Positions 47,975-61,840 of a DNA stretch of 64,000 bases are shown piece by piece. The notes under the pieces were generated by a model that did not search any database, had not been told where the DNA came from, and saw only the letters and a program-made list of their open reading frames with translations. Location: assembly GCF_963921235.1 (NCBI RefSeq), contig NC_086097.1, positions 209,748,001 to 209,812,000 of the forward strand. The letters are read 5' to 3'. Each line of letters opens with the position of its first letter. The stretch's first letter is position 1. The position numbers and the translations under genes were made by a program. The DNA is from Mobula hypostoma. Taxonomy: Eukaryota.

Positions 47975-48720
47975 TGACTGTTTTCTAAATGGAGAGAAAG
48001 TACAAAAAACTGAGACGCAAAGGGACTTGGGAGTCCTTGTACAGGATCCCCTAAAGGTTAATTTGCAGGATGAGTCTGTGGTGAGGAAGGCATATGCGAT
48101 GTTAGCATTCATTTCAAGAGGATGAGGGTATGAAAGCAAGGATATAATGGTGAGACTTAATAAAGCACTGGTGAGGCCTCACTTAAAGTATTGTGAGCAG
48201 TTTTGGGCCCCTTATCTTAGAAAGGATGTGCTGAAACCGGAGAGGGTTCAAAGGAGGTTCACAAAAATGATTCCAAGATTGAATGGCTTGTCATATGAAA
48301 AGCATTTGGTGGCTCTGAGCCTGTATTCACTAGAATTCAGAGAATGAGAGGTGACCTCATTGAAACTTATCGAATGATGGAAGGCCTTGATAGAGTGGAT
48401 GTGGAGAGGATGTTTCCTATGATGGGAGAGCCTGAGATCAGTGGACACAGCCTCAGAATAGAGGGGCATCCTTTTAAAACAGAGATAAGGAGAAATTTCT
48501 TTTGCACGAGTGTGGTGAATTCGTGGAATTCATTGACACTAAGTATATTTAAGGTGAAGGTTGATAGATTCATGATTGGTCAGGGCATGAAGGGATATGG
48601 GAAGAAGGCAGGAGATTGGAGTTGAGAGGAAAATTGGATCAGCCATAATGAAATGGCAGAGCAAACCTGATGGGCCAAATGGCCTAATTCTGCTTCTATG
48701 TCTTATGCTATTATGGTCTT
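47975..48720 (+). mobile_element. CR1 3' fragment
   Basis: ORFs 48147..48347 (LVRPHLKYCEQFWAPYLRKD) and 48344..48625; TTATGGTCTT tail. Confidence 0.88.
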
Positions 48721-48917
48721 TCCTACCAGGCTCTGTCATGGAGAGAATCTGTTAAAGAATGGCACATAAAGGAACATCTTTTTCACCCACTTTGTATTAG
48801 CACCCTGCCTCCTTTAAAAACATCAAATGGCCTTGTGCCAATTTCTGCTTCTGCACCTGTTTAAAGTAATTTTTTAAAAAACAGAAAATGCTGATAATAA
48901 TGAGCAAGTAAGATAAT

Positions 48918-49132
48918 GGGCTGGCTGGTGGTGTAGTGGCATCAGCACTGGGCTTCAAGGCAGATGGTCCTGAGTTCAAACCCAGCGGGGTCCCAACCTA
49001 GGCAGCAGCAGTATCTGTGCAGAAGAAAGGCCCAGCAATCTACTTCTGTATCTTGCCATGAAAACCCTATGGACCCTATGGTCCATGAGGTCATGAAGAG
49101 TCGGACTCGACTTAACGACTAAACAATAACAA
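48918..49132 (+). mobile_element. tRNA-derived SINE with RTE/BovB-type 3' tail
   Basis: A box TGGTGTAGTGG (48929-48939), B box GAGTTCAAACC (48972-48982), tail GTCCATGAGGTCATGAAGAGTCGGACTCGACTTAACGACTAAACAATAACAA, ATAAT on both flanks. Confidence 0.75.
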
Positions 49133-49344
49133 TATAATATCTATAGGTCGAGAAACAGAGCTTAAATTTTCAGATTAATGACCTTTCATCAGCATTGTTT
49201 CATCAATGTTCTGTATTTTTCTTACGGATATCACTATTTTCTGACAAATAACATTTTTGTACCATAAAATATTTGAAATAAAAGGGAAATATTTCTAATT
49301 TTTGTCACTTTGCCAATCTATCTTTAATGAACACTACCTCACGT

Positions 49345-49514
49345 TTTTAAAATATATATAATTTCTGTTTTTGTACTGTTTTTTATCTATTTAATATACA
49401 TATACACATACTGTTTATTTATTTTTATTTTTATTTCTTTCTTGCCACTGCTAAGTTAACAAATTTCACGACACGTGCCAGTGATAATAAACCTAATTCT
49501 GATTCTGATTCTGA
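49345..49514 (+). mobile_element. Rex1/Babar 3' UTR fragment
   Basis: ..GTGATAATAAACCTAATTCTGATTCTGATTCTGA; reverse complement of 2184-2330. Confidence 0.75.
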
Positions 49515-49679
49515 TCAACTTTCAGAAACAAGATGCCAGTGAATTCCTGTGATGTAGAGCTATCCTCCTCTCCCATTCCCTTTTAATATGATACAGACAC
49601 ATATGAAATATATAAAATTCACCTGTAGATTTTTAATATGTCTAATTTGTACCATTATTTTAATATTTCCCTTATCTAA

Positions 49680-49943
<264 letters not shown>

Positions 49944-52624
49944 TAAAATTATGTTGTAATAGCAACACGGAAGCAGGCCTTCTGTGTTTCACTAATATTA
50001 GTCTGATATCCCCACCTTTTACATTTTTTTTAAATTCCACTTTGCTTCAACCACTTTATTAACCCATTTTTAAATACGACAGAGCTGTTACCCCTTAAAT
50101 GGGGCAGACATCTTCCTTCTGTTAGTAAGTGGAGTGGAGTTCCTCCTCACTCTTGTTAAAAGTTACAGAAACAAGATTAGAGTAAACTTCTTTTTACGCT
50201 TTCAGTTGTGTAACTAATACTCACCGTGCATTCAATAATTCTGCAGGCAAAACTTTTTGCAGTTTACAAATCTATCATTGGGAAGCTTTTAGTCTTATAT
50301 TCGTGTTTGCCAGGAGAAGAGTAATAGTAGTATAGGGTTAAAAGCTCCCTTAGAATGCTTGAATTTTAGGTGTCCTCTGAAATACCACTGACTTATGTAG
50401 AAAATCCTGACCATGTCTGACTGTATTCTATTGCTTGCCAAAATAAATCCTTTTCACACAGTCCATTATGTGTATCTAAGCAGAAATAATTTATTTTACA
50501 GGTGAATCAAGAATATTATCTTTCTTGTATTATTGCACACAAAACGTCAGCCTGAAGCCACCAAAATTATTTTTAGACACAAAGCAATCCTTTCACCTCC
50601 CATCTCCATTGGCGGCTGAGCAATGAAATTCATTACCAGCTGTGTCCATCTGCCCCTCACCTTGCCCTGTCAGTAATCCATCAGACTCCCCTCTGAGGAT
50701 ATTCTCAGCATTGCATTCGGCAGAACTGAAAACGAACAAGATTTGGAGTTTATTTCAGATAAAGACATAGACTTAAAATTCTTCACGTGTAACATAGGGA
50801 AAGTTTTCCTTTGTGTTACAAAATTAAAATCCCTTTCTTTGTAGGACTGCTTTACATTGCCACAATGCATAGCAAAATTCTAACCCCCACCCATTAATTC
50901 AGCACATCTGCAGCTGTACAAATCAGCCAGTATCTCTTGTTCTTTGTGCTGTTTCTGTATTGTGTCTGCAGTGTGCTGCTAGTGGTGATGTAATCTTTTG
51001 GAAGAAGCTGAGCAGCTAAAAATAGGACATTACCACCACATTACATCTTCAAGTGCCAAGCTCAGCTCTGAAGCAAGTGCTTGGTTTTGATCCAGTCCAA
51101 TCAAACCAATGCAGCTGGGGTCAACTCCGATGTTTAACCTAGATCTGCAGTCTACTTTGTGAGGTAGATAATTGTTTAGTCAATCCTGAGGGTTTATAAA
51201 TATTGATGATAGTGGCAAATACCTGGTTCTTGCGCTTGAAAGGCTCCTAATAGCCGTTTAAATTCAACGGTGACTCATTTCAAATGATAAATCAGAAACT
51301 ACTAGCATACAGATTGAAGGAGAAATTAAAATGGGGCATATACTTTATTATCGTAGATGTTCAGATGCAATTTTCGTAAAGCTGAAGTGATGGCTCTTTC
51401 AAAATGCATCAAGTAATTTTTGAGGATCATTAAAATTGAGGACAGTTTTCTTGTGGTTGAATGTAATTCCAGAATTTTTTCCATATTCTGTACTTTATCA
51501 TAACTGATCCATTCCCCATTTGTGCACCAGGGCTATCCAGCAGACATTTCAAAATGTTCACTTTAAAAATAGAGAAAAGTAGGTAGGTAATACATAAATA
51601 GTTCCACTCATCAATTGCTTGAGTTACTTATAACTAACCCATTTAAGACAGAGATAAATCCTTTTAACAGGTAGATATTCTAGAAGGTAAATAAAACCTT
51701 ACAAAATGTTTTGAACAAGTTTTTATCATCCAAAATGTCAGAGAGAGTTCTGTTCCTGTGACACTTCAGGTGATTAAAATGAGGTCTGACCTGGATCTTA
51801 GTGTTTAATCGCGCTCTTCCCAGCAGATCATAAGGTCTTTGGGTGAAGTGATTAATGTTTATACGGTGATCCAGAAGGGACTACAGCTGAGTGGAATTGA
51901 CTGGATAAGTCTTTTTCTTCCTGACACCTTTGCAGATTCACATTTATCCCCTGAGTAGCTAGTCCAGAATCATAAGCATTCAACTATTTTACCTGTTACC
52001 TAAGCAATTTTTAAGCTAAAGGCTCTGAAGTTCCATCCTTCATTCTGCTATATTTATCCCAGTGAAAAGAGGATGAGCCCCCCCCCCCCCCAGAGAGCTG
52101 TTCGTTTTAGAATGTCGTGCTTCGGTTTATTTGCAAATCCATCACTGAGTCTCCTGCCACTATTACCTCACATTCTGGAAGAGTCCCAGCATCACCTCAC
52201 ACTCTTCCCAGTCAAGCTGCTGCACCGTCCTCCCATTCACTGAACTGTGATTTACACACAAAATAAATATGCAAAGCTAACCACAATACAAAAATTTCCA
52301 GAGTCCACATCCTCTTTGGTGGCCCACTGCAACATTCCTGCCATGTATATCAGGAGCTTCGTTTCCAAGAGATGGCAAAGTTATCCATTTTTAAGGCATC
52401 AACTGCCCAGGCAGACAAGATTCAATAGATGTAGGATTGTAGGATTCCTCTAAGTGTACTTGGTCCCTGGTGAGGAATTATGTTTTCAACATTAGCTCTT
52501 CACGAAATGATTTACATTGAATATTTATTGAAGTGATAGCTGTCAAAGATGCCTCATTAATGCAAAGCAGTAGATGTTTTCAATTATGTGCCCATTGTAA
52601 TTGAAAAAGAAGAATCATTGACCA

Positions 52625-53155
52625 AAGCAACACACACAGAGTGCTGAAGGAACTCAGCAAGTCGGCCGCATCATGGAAGGAAATAACCAATCAACATTTT
52701 GGGCTGAGACCCTTCATCAGGTCTAGAAAGGAAGGGGGAAGAAACCAAAATAAGAAGGTTTGGGTAGGGGAAGCAATACTAACCAGAAGGTGATAGGTGA
52801 AACCACGTGAGGTGAAGTAAGAAGCTGGGAGGCAATAGGTGGGAGGGGTAAAGTGCTGAAGAAGAAGAAATTTGATAGGAGGGGACAGTTAACCATAAGA
52901 AAGGGAAGAAGGAGGTGCACCAGAGGGAGGTGATCAGCAGGTGAGGAGAAGAGAGGGGTGAGAGGAGTACCAGAATGGAGAATGATAAAAAAGCAACGGG
53001 GAAGGTGTAGAAATTACCGGAAGTTAGAGAAATCTAAGTACATGCCCTCAGGTTGGAGGTTAACCAGATGGAATATGAGGTGTTACTCCTCCAATCTGAG
53101 TGTGGCCTCATCCTGGCAGCATGATTTCCAAAATCTTCAGAATCTCTTGTGTTAA
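52625..53155 (-). mobile_element. Penelope-like 3' fragment with a short inverted terminal piece
   Basis: Minus-strand LEE*HLIF..MY.DFSNFR remnant and purine tract. Hammerhead relic 52688-52725 (CTGATGA..AAAA-TGTT). Oppositely oriented GATTTCCAAAATCTTCAGAATCTCTTGTG at about 53122-53152. Confidence 0.75.
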
Positions 53156-53964
53156 TAGGCTTCTAGGAGACCCAAGGTATTGTTTGGATCAATAACTACT
53201 GATCCCAAAGAAAAAATGCATTACAGTAAAGTAATGCCTCAGCCTGGATTCCTTTGCTTCTGGAAGCTCCTTGTCTGCAGCCTTCACCTTTATGAAAGGC
53301 GCATCTTGCAGTTTGGAAATTGTATGAGTATGCAAACGGCAAATGTTGAGAGGAGTATATCGGTGTCAACTGCCGATGGGAATGAACTCTCTCAGAAAAA
53401 AAGTATTAGCTAATTATCTATATAATATCAGCAAACTATTTGAAGATGAAGTTCCTTGCAGCTGAGGTCAATGAGTTCAAAGTATATACACTTTCAAAGT
53501 ACATACACTTCCCAGCATATGTCACTGAATAATAGCTGGTGCAGGCTGATTGTTTTTCAATCCTGCTCTGAAAAACAGGGCCATAGAAACAAGTTAGAAT
53601 GGGCTGACAAATGTCCCTGCTGGTATCCAACTGGCTTGGTAAAAATCAGGGAGTGAAGCGTTTCAGGCATTTATGTTCTAGCACCTTTGACTCAGTGCGT
53701 TATTTTAAAACAGAATTGAAAAAAAAAAATCACAATTGAAAGAATCAACTATTTGTCTAAAGAATGACATTACACATAAATTGGGCTTGTCTTTCTTGCA
53801 AAGAAAGCAATTTCCTTCCCCATATGCAAATCCCACTTGTACTTCAATTCTATACACAAATGGCAATCTTTAAGAAATCCTTAATACTCCAAGCCTAAAG
53901 TAAAATTTTGTAAAAAAAATTTGTAATGCTTGAATTCTTAAGTTCAGATGAAAATTTCATCCAA

Positions 53965-54290
53965 ACTTCAAGGACTTGATGGGCAAATGCAGGGAGGGTG
54001 TTTCACTGACTAAGGAGACAAGTACTGGGTATAGAGTTTAAGAATATGAGGCAACTATTCAGGACTGAGGTGACCAAAAATTTCTTAGATGCTGAAACTT
54101 TGGAATTTCCCACCTACAGAGTTGCAGAAAAGTCATTGCATTCATTCAAAACAGGATCAATAGATTTCTGAATTTTATGGGGTTTACTAGGAAAAGGCAC
54201 TGGGTGTGGAGAATCAGCCACGAAGTTGAAGATTGATGGAGGAGACTCAAAGGGCCTGTTGGCCCCTTCTAGATCTTATTTCTTACTTTC
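53965..54290 (+). mobile_element. Old CR1 3' fragment
   Basis: Decayed TTCAGGACTGAGGTG..AAAATTTCTT..AGACTCAAAGGGCCTGTTGGCC end. Confidence 0.5.
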
Positions 54291-55299
54291 TGGTGACCTG
54301 TGTTAAACGCTGTCAGACAGGAGACGTTGAATGAGTGTAGCATGTTGCCACTTAATAACCAGTTCTTTTTAAAATGGCATAAAAATCTCAAACTTTCAAA
54401 TGATTTAGGATGGCAGAATGAAATGAGCTTGAACAGTTTCAATCTAAATTACAACCACAAAACTGCTATTGATTTTGCTCATGAGTAATCTGACTTAAAG
54501 TCTCAATTTAATTCCCTATTGTGTGAATTGGAATTGCCATTCTAATAAATTTAAGAATGGTTCTCTTTGGAATTCAATGTCTCTCATATTGGCTTTTCAT
54601 TCAGGAATAGTAATAGGGATTTTACAATTGGCAATGCTTGGCAGGTTCAGCTTTAAAGAAATATGAGCTGTAAGTAACTAATATTCTGTTATAGATTTGG
54701 ATTTGCTAATTCTGGGTCCAGGAAATGTGGCAGTATTTAAACCTACAACTCACTTTCCACAACAGTCAGAAAATGCAAAAGTGAGTTGTATTGGTTCAGG
54801 TAACAATCAGTCTTAAATTAGTTGCCCCTAGGCAAGATACAAGAAAATACACTATTGCTTGGGCTATATTTTTAAATGACACATAGTTCTACATAGCACC
54901 ACAGCTCTCTATCATTCCACAATGTATAAATGATCAATCTGGTTATCTGAAATCCAGTTGTAGGTGAACAGAATCTTCTACCAACTTTGTACCTCCCATA
55001 AATGTGGTTCTTCACCCTTAACTCCATCCATTCTTTTCTAAAGTAAAACCAGGTTACTTGCAGCATTTGTGTCTTAATCCTTAACTGAACTCCAGAACAT
55101 GTTAACTGTATCATCAGTAATATTGTCTATGCTGTGCCTGAGACCTTCCCAACCTGTTTATCTGCTGTGGGAACCCTTATCCACATCTTTGTTAACATTA
55201 AAATTGATCATTCAAGCTTTTCTAGTCCAACTCCCTTGTGCAACCTTCTATAAACTTAAAAACTCTGTCAATTTGTTCATTTGTACTCAGTGTCCTATT

Positions 55300-56005
55300 T
55301 CAAAGTTCAAAATCCAAAGTAAATTTATTATCAAAATGCATATACGTCACTGTATACCACCTGAACTTCATTTTCTTGCAGACATACACAGTAGATCAAA
55401 GAAATACAAAAGAATCAATGAAAAACTACATACAAAGACTGACAAACAACCAATGTGCAAACTAAGACATACTGTACTATACAAACAATGAACGATTATA
55501 ATGAATCAACGGTAAATAAATAATACTGAGAACATTTTACATGATAGCGTACTGGTGAGCACAATGCTTCACAGTACCAGGGAGCCTGATTCAATTGTTG
55601 CCGCTGTTTGTAAGGAGTTTGTGCGTTCAACCTGTGGCCTCATGGCTTTCCTCCTGGTGCTCTAGTTTCCTGCCTCAGTCCAGACATCCAAAGCTTAATC
55701 AGTCATTGTGTTTTGTCCTGTGATTAGGCTCGGGTTAAATCGGCAGTTGCTGGGTGGCACAGCTCACAGCGCTGGAAGGGCCAGTTCCAAATTGCATTTT
55801 GTTGGGCCCAAATGGCCTGTTCAGCACTGCATAACGTGAGTCGTAAAGTCCTTGAAAGTGAGTCTATAGGTTGTTGAATGGGTTCAGTATTAAGATGAGT
55901 GAAGTTATCCAGGCTGGTTCAGGAGCCTGTTGGTTGAAGGGTAATAACTGTTCCTGAACCTGATGGCATGGGACTTGAGGCTCCTTTAACTCCTGCTCAA
56001 TGGCA
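55300..56005 (-). mobile_element. Rex1-like LINE 3' end with (TTTGAAC)-type tail, interrupted by a V-SINE
   Basis: CAAAGTTCAAAATCCAAAGTAAATTTATTATC tail; AACTGTTCCTGAACCTG..AGGCTCC coding-end remnant near 55945-55990. Confidence 0.55.
55541..55830 (+). mobile_element. V-SINE/HE1-like SINE
   Basis: tRNA-like head; GTAAGGAGTTTGTGCGTTC..TTTCCTCCTGGTGCTCTAGTTTCCT core; CR1-like GGGCCCAAATGGCCTGTT tail. Confidence 0.65.
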
Positions 56006-56484
56006 TTCACTCATCACCTTTGTACATGACTATACTTGCCTCACCATTCTGTATTTTTTTCTCAGTATTTGAAACCTGGCCCAGACTAGGCATTATTACA
56101 GTTCTAAGTTATAAGATTGAACAGTAACCCCAATATAAAGTGAACTTTGTAAATTTCACGTAGGTGTGATAGAGCTTCATCAGGTTTGATGTTATCTGTG
56201 AGGAAAATTATTTTGGTGACCAATTCCAGGATTAAGAAAAACATACAAGATACCCTAAGGAGCAGCTTCTTTGGACTGTAATTCATGACTACTTGCCAGT
56301 TTATTACCAATATTAAAAGTTTACAGAAAAATTAATGGTATGTGAAGACCTTACCCCAAAATAGTATCTTGAAAAACATGGCTGACCCAATGTCAGAGTT
56401 TGTTCCAATTTCATTTGGAATTCTGGGCCCAGGTGATCCCCACAATGGGCAGAAAATTTTGTCTCCTATAGAAGGTCCGGGGAG

Positions 56485-56712
56485 AAATAGAGCCATAGAA
56501 AAGTACAGCACAGAACTGGCCCTTCAGCCCATTTAGACTGTGCCAAACCATTTAAACTGCCTCGTCCCATCGTCCTGCACTGGGACCATAGCCCTCCATA
56601 CCCCTATCATCTATGTACCTATGCAAACTTCCCATAAGCATTGAAATTGAGCCTGCCTGCACTTGTGTTGGCAGCTTGTTCTACTCTCTTACGACTCTCT
56701 GATTGAAGAAGT
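56485..56712 (-). mobile_element. CR1 3' fragment
   Basis: ATAGAGCCATAGAAAAGTACAGCACAGAACTGGCCCTTCAGCCC end. Confidence 0.6.
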
Positions 56713-57148
56713 TGGCAGAGTGATTGGTGTGGTTTCCACCTTTGGTATTGGCATGGACTTCTTCTTTTCATTAGAAAAAAATATAAATGTCACAGATATA
56801 AGATACAGAGTTTTAAAACAAAGATTCTATTTGGGTGAATTGTCTACTTGGTCTGTATAACGCGGGCATATTCACTGGATGCAGAATTAAAGAGGTTAAT
56901 TTTAACTTGATTATATGAACCAGTGTCCCAGTGGCCACACATTTTAATTCCACGTCCCATTCCCATTCTGACATGTCTATCCACGGCCTCCTCTACTGTC
57001 AAGATGAAGCCACACTCAGGTTGGAGGAACAACACCTTATATTCCGTCTGGGTAGCCTCCAACCTGACGGCATGAACATTGACTTCTCTAACTTCCGTTA
57101 ATGCCCCACCTCTCCTTCCTACCCCATCTCTTATTTATTTATTTTTTA

Positions 57149-57150
<2 letters not shown>

Positions 57151-57184
<34 letters not shown>

Positions 57185-57202
57185 TATTATTATTATTATT
57201 AT
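57151..57202. repeat. (ATT)n microsatellite, about 17 units, one interruption
   Basis: Directly visible within the PLE 3' UTR. Confidence 0.95.
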
Positions 57203-57473
57203 GATTTTTTTCTTTCCCCCTTTTTTTCTCTCTCTTTTTTCTCCTTCTGCCCCTCTCACTATAACTCCTTGCCCATCCTCCAGGTTTCCTCCCCCTTTCT
57301 TTCTCCCTAGGCTTCCCCTCCCATGATCCTCTCCCTTCTCCAGCCTCATATCCCTTTTGCCAATCAACTTTCCAGCTCTTAGCTCCATCCCTCCCCCTCC
57401 TGTCTTCTCCTGTCATTTTGGATCTCCCCCTCCCATTCCCACTTTCAAATCTCGTACTATCTCTTCTTTCAGT

Positions 57474-57511
57474 TAGTCCTGACGAAGGGTCTCGGCCTAA
57501 AACGTCGACTA
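57474..57511 (+). ncRNA. Minimal hammerhead motif (G12A variant)
   Basis: TAGTC-CTGACGA-AGG gtctcgg CCT-AAAA-CGTC-GACTA, with perfect stem I. Confidence 0.65.
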
Positions 57512-57739
57512 TACCTCTTCCTATAGATGCTGCCTGGCCTGCTGCATTCACCAGCATTTTTTGTGTGTGTTGCTTGAATTTCCAGCATCTGCAGATTTCC
57601 TTGTGTTTGACATGAACCTCACAGGTTTGGTGGAATACATGGATATCTTTTCTCCTAATGTTACATCGCCATTGACCTCAGTCAGCTGTGGTGTAAACCC
57701 AACGTTGCATCTTGAGATACACAAGAGGCTGCAGATGCA

Positions 57740-58555
57740 TGACCAGGCTTCCATTTCCATGCTATTCCAACTCCCCTTCCTATTCCCACACCAAATTGTC
57801 CATCCTCAGCTTTCCCTACTGCCTGGATAAGGCCAAAAGGAAACTAGAGGAACAACATCTCATATCCAGCCTGGAGAGCCTGCAGTCCAATGGAATGAAG
57901 ATTAAATATTCCAGTTTCAGGTAATCCCCAACTCCTGTGTTTCCCAGACCATCTTTCATTTCCCTTTCTTTCTGGTCATCCTCTGACGGTCTGATTTGCA
58001 TCCACTTTCTTGCACCCCTGTCCAGCACCCCCCATCACCCATGTTTGATTCCCTCTTTCCTGGCTCCATGCTTCAATTCACCACAACCCATACATTTCAC
58101 CACAATCCATACTGGAATCCCCATGTAATTCCAGTTTTATATCTCTCCCATAATTCTATTATCATCTTCCTTACTTTTCAAATTCCATTGCTGACAGCCT
58201 TTACGTTCCTGCTTATCATCCCCTGCCTGTGTCTGTCTTTTCCCTCCTCTCCAGTGCCATTTTTTTTCTTCCTCCACCACTCATCTGCCTGCCTGTCTCT
58301 GAATTCCAGCCCCCCTCCCCTCCTCTTCCTGGCCTCATATACCCATCATCCTTCACCCCACTTCAGTTCATCCATCTCCCGCTGGACCCTGTCTCACCAC
58401 TGCCCATCTCCTCCTTATAATGGACATCTTCCCTCTCCACTCTCAGACTTAATACCGGATTGCAACCCGAAACGTTGACGTTTCCTTCTTCCCCCACTGG
58501 TTGTGCCTGACCTGTAGAGTTTCTCCAGCCGATTGTTTGTGGCTTCAGCATTACA
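57740..58555 (+). mobile_element. Older Penelope-like 3' fragment
   Basis: ORF 57712..57924 ends KLEEQHLISSLESLQSNGMKIKYSSFR; pyrimidine tract; CCCGAAACGTTGAC relic near 58465-58480. Confidence 0.75.
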
Positions 58556-61259
58556 TCTAATTTTGTCGGTTCCTAGGTAGAGAGCTCAGTTAAAATGGTC
58601 CTAGTAGATATAGTTGGTGTCACTTGCATGGTACAAGGATTTCAAGAGCCCAACCTTTTCTAAATGCTCACAATCTACCTCCCATCCGCTAAGTGATTTT
58701 CTGCTGATGATTTGGAATGTGTGGAATATTATCTTCCTTTTGGAGATGGTCTCATTTATGATCATCGTACTATGATTGTCTGAATCCTCATGACATATCG
58801 AATATTGCATGTTGATATCAACAAATAATCACATTTAGATGATCTGTTTCTAACTCACATCATACAGAGCAACATTATGCTGCTCAGAAAGCTCTAACCT
58901 TAAAAACTTATACCTGCTTTAATCCAGCGTCAGCTGTCAGCTAAAATGAATATACAAGCAAGGTAAGCAGAATTTCTTGGTGAACCTGTCATTTTAAAAA
59001 AATCCATCACTGCTCCACTGTGCAAATAAAATTTGATTCAACAGAACAACTTCACTTGCACCTGCTCTTAGGAGATTAACTTCAGTGCTCTCAAGATTTA
59101 TCTGAAACCTTATATTTTTACTTCCACACATGGGCATGGACAAACTGAATTTTCCACAGCTCATACAGAATTAACCTCAATGTAACATTTCTGACAAGAG
59201 TTCATTGAGCTGTAATATTCATTAAGCCTGCTTTTCTCACTTCATGGATGCTGCATTGCTTACTGCGTGTTCCCATTTTAGCTTTTATTTCAGATTTCCT
59301 GAACCTTCAGATTTTTTTTTCATTTTTGCATAATGTATTTGGTGTACTTAAGGAGCAAAGAAGAATAATAACATAATATTCTGTAGTTTTAAACCAAGTG
59401 AAAGCATGCAATAGCTGGAGAGCAAAGCATTTCAGAGACAGCTGCCAAAATCATTTTACAAGTTCACAGAGGAATGTCATTGATTCTAATGATGTAAAAG
59501 CAGAAGCAACCATTCTGAGTTTTGTCTATTGCACCACTAAAAGGCAGCAAACTAAGATTATCTTTAATGTTGATTTTGCTGGTGACAGCATGAATATCCC
59601 AGGAAGAATAAAACATTTTTGTCACCCTTTTTCTTGTGAAAGTAGCCTCCTCTATGTTTATACACGATTATAAATATAAATTTAATATTTTTCTGCAGAT
59701 GCTAAAATGAAGGAGAAGCTGAATGGGGGCGTTTATCTTGAGCAAAGACAAAAGAGGATGTTCAGCCTAAGCTGGCGTGGATGTTGGTTACGGACATATG
59801 TTGTTGCAATAAGGTTTTGTTGTACTGTATTATTGATTATAGAAATTGGTGGTAAATTATACTGTAAATGGACATTAAGGCTAAGAGTGAATTCCTCATA
59901 GAATATAAAATAAATGTGTAGGTGACTTCCAGTTCAAATAAACCTGTAGAATCCACTTAGGTTGACCGAGAAGTTCGATCAAAAAAGTTCAGGACTTGGA
60001 TATAATAGGGTGTTATCCAAAAGGGTACAATGGGAAAGATATTTAAGAAGCCCTGGGTCAAGCCTTTTCAGTAGTATATGAGCTGAGATTTAGAAATGTC
60101 GGGATTAACAGCTAAAGCAGGCTGCCTGGGTTATGTGATATGTAAACCCCTGGATCTGGAGTCTACCGAGGACCAAACACCATAGGAGGCATTCAGATAG
60201 GTGGCCAAAGCCTAAAGTGCACTAGCTCCATTTTGTTGCTATTAAATCTAACATTTGTTGTTTTTTAATCCATCTGTGGCTTTGCCCCTTACCATCTCCA
60301 AACCCTCATTCAGCTGTTGGAGTACAGGACCTCGCTATCATTAGTGTTGACCTTTTGTTAATCTCTGATTTGAAGCAAACCACAGATAGCTTGTGAGGAT
60401 TATTTAAGGGAGGAAAGGAGTTAAGGAGTTATTTTACGGGCAAAGGGAGATAGAGTAGCTTTCAGAAGAAATTCTAAATTTCAGGATGCAAGCAGTGGAA
60501 GGGATGTAAGCACAATTGCAGGGGTTGTATACCCCAATGGGTAAAAAAAAAGGGCTTGGAGGTAGAGAAGGACAAACTGTAGAAGAATTTAAAAACAAGG
60601 ATGAAACATTTTAATAGCAAAATAATGGCAAATCAAGATCAAGTCCACTTTAACTAGCACATGGATAATAGGTGAGAAATTTGTATCAAGTTTAGATACA
60701 GGCAGTGAAGTTTAGGTGAGTTGTCATTTGTGGAAAGTTGAAGGGGAGAGCCAAGATGCAACTGAAATGTGCCTAGGAAAAGACGTGTTTGTAGAAGATA
60801 TACGGCCTTAATAATGGAGCTGCTTGATTGAGAAGAACTTTGAGTCAGTTGGACGATCATTCAGAGATGGGAGATTACATGTAGATTCAGTACAAAAACC
60901 TCTGCGTTAAAATTCCTACAATGGTTCTCAATCGCTGTGATAAGGATGAAGTTGGAGATGACCTCATGAGCAACAAGTTAATAGCCAAGTGAGAGATACT
61001 ATATATGAGAATAAGAGGAGTGGGTAACTTGACATGTTGCCAGAATGGGAAAGTAAAGAATGATATGATTGTTGCCAGGCCAAGGGACAGTAGGGTGACT
61101 GGGAAAATATCCAGAAAACATTGAAATTGGAAATTCATTAAGGAACCATTGATATGGGAAACAAAGATGGATTTAGTATTTTACAGTGGACCTCTAAAGA
61201 GCAATTTCGCCTCCTTGAGGAGGGAATAAATAGGACGGTCATGCAGTTAGACGGTGAGA

Positions 61260-61840
61260 CCTAGGAGCAGAATTAGACCATTGAGTCTATTCCACCATGA
61301 ATTTATCTTAGTTATTTAGTGATACGGCACAGTAACAGGACTTTCCAGAGACCCAATTACACCCATATGTCTAATTAACCTACTCACGCATACGTCTTCT
61401 GGGATGCGGGAGAAACCGGAGCACTCAGAGGAAACCCACACTGTCACAAGAAAAATGTAAAACTCTTTACAAACAGCGTTGGCAATTGAACCCAGGTCAC
61501 TAGTGCTGTAATTGCATTATGCTAACCGCTACACTACCATGTCACACCAGTTGTGGCTGATTTATTTTTCCTCTTCTCAACCCCGTTCTCCTGCCTTCTC
61601 CACGTCACCTTTGACACTGTCACCAATCAACAACTATCTATCTCAGCTTTAAATATACCTGATTATTTATCCTCCACAGCAGCCTGTGGAAATGGATTTG
61701 CAGAGATTCACCACCCTCTGGCTAAAGAAATTCCTCCTCATTTCTGTTCTGAAGGGTTTTCTGAGGCTGTGCTCACTGAGACTCTCTCACTGCTGGAAAT
61801 ATCCTCTCCGTGCCCACTCTATCTAGGCCTTTCAACAGAT
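61260..61840 (-). mobile_element. CR1 3' fragment with nested V-SINE (about 61300-61545)
   Basis: TAGGAGCAGAATTAGACCATT end; V-core GGGAGAAACCGGAGCACTCAGAGGAAACCCACAC; CR1 resumes at about 61553. Confidence 0.7.

Larger units (their letters stand above)
56925..57608 (+). mobile_element. Penelope-like 3' fragment, young
   Basis: Translates to PVATHFNSTSHSHSDMSIHGLLYCQDEATLRLEEQHLIFRLGSLQPDGMNIDFSNFR*. Terminal repeat is near-identical to the arms at 45667-45842. Confidence 0.9.

Noticed and set aside
48918..48990. Possible tRNA gene
   Set aside because: Has A and B boxes but no convincing cloverleaf by eye and runs into a LINE-type tail; called as a SINE.
52078..52091. Poly-C runs (also near 909, 3774, 47884)
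   Set aside because: Simple homopolymers with no evidence of function.
57101..57557. ORFs with poly-Tyr, poly-Asn and poly-Ile
   Set aside because: Translations of the (ATT)n microsatellite.
59690..59901. AG-preceded ORF as a further xkr4 exon
   Set aside because: No resemblance to the expected next XKR4 segment (FTAAASLVSLAWALASY, from memory) and no clear donor.
60380..61250. Purine-rich tract (also about 15880-16250), perhaps ancient L2-type LINE
   Set aside because: Too decayed to support without alignment.
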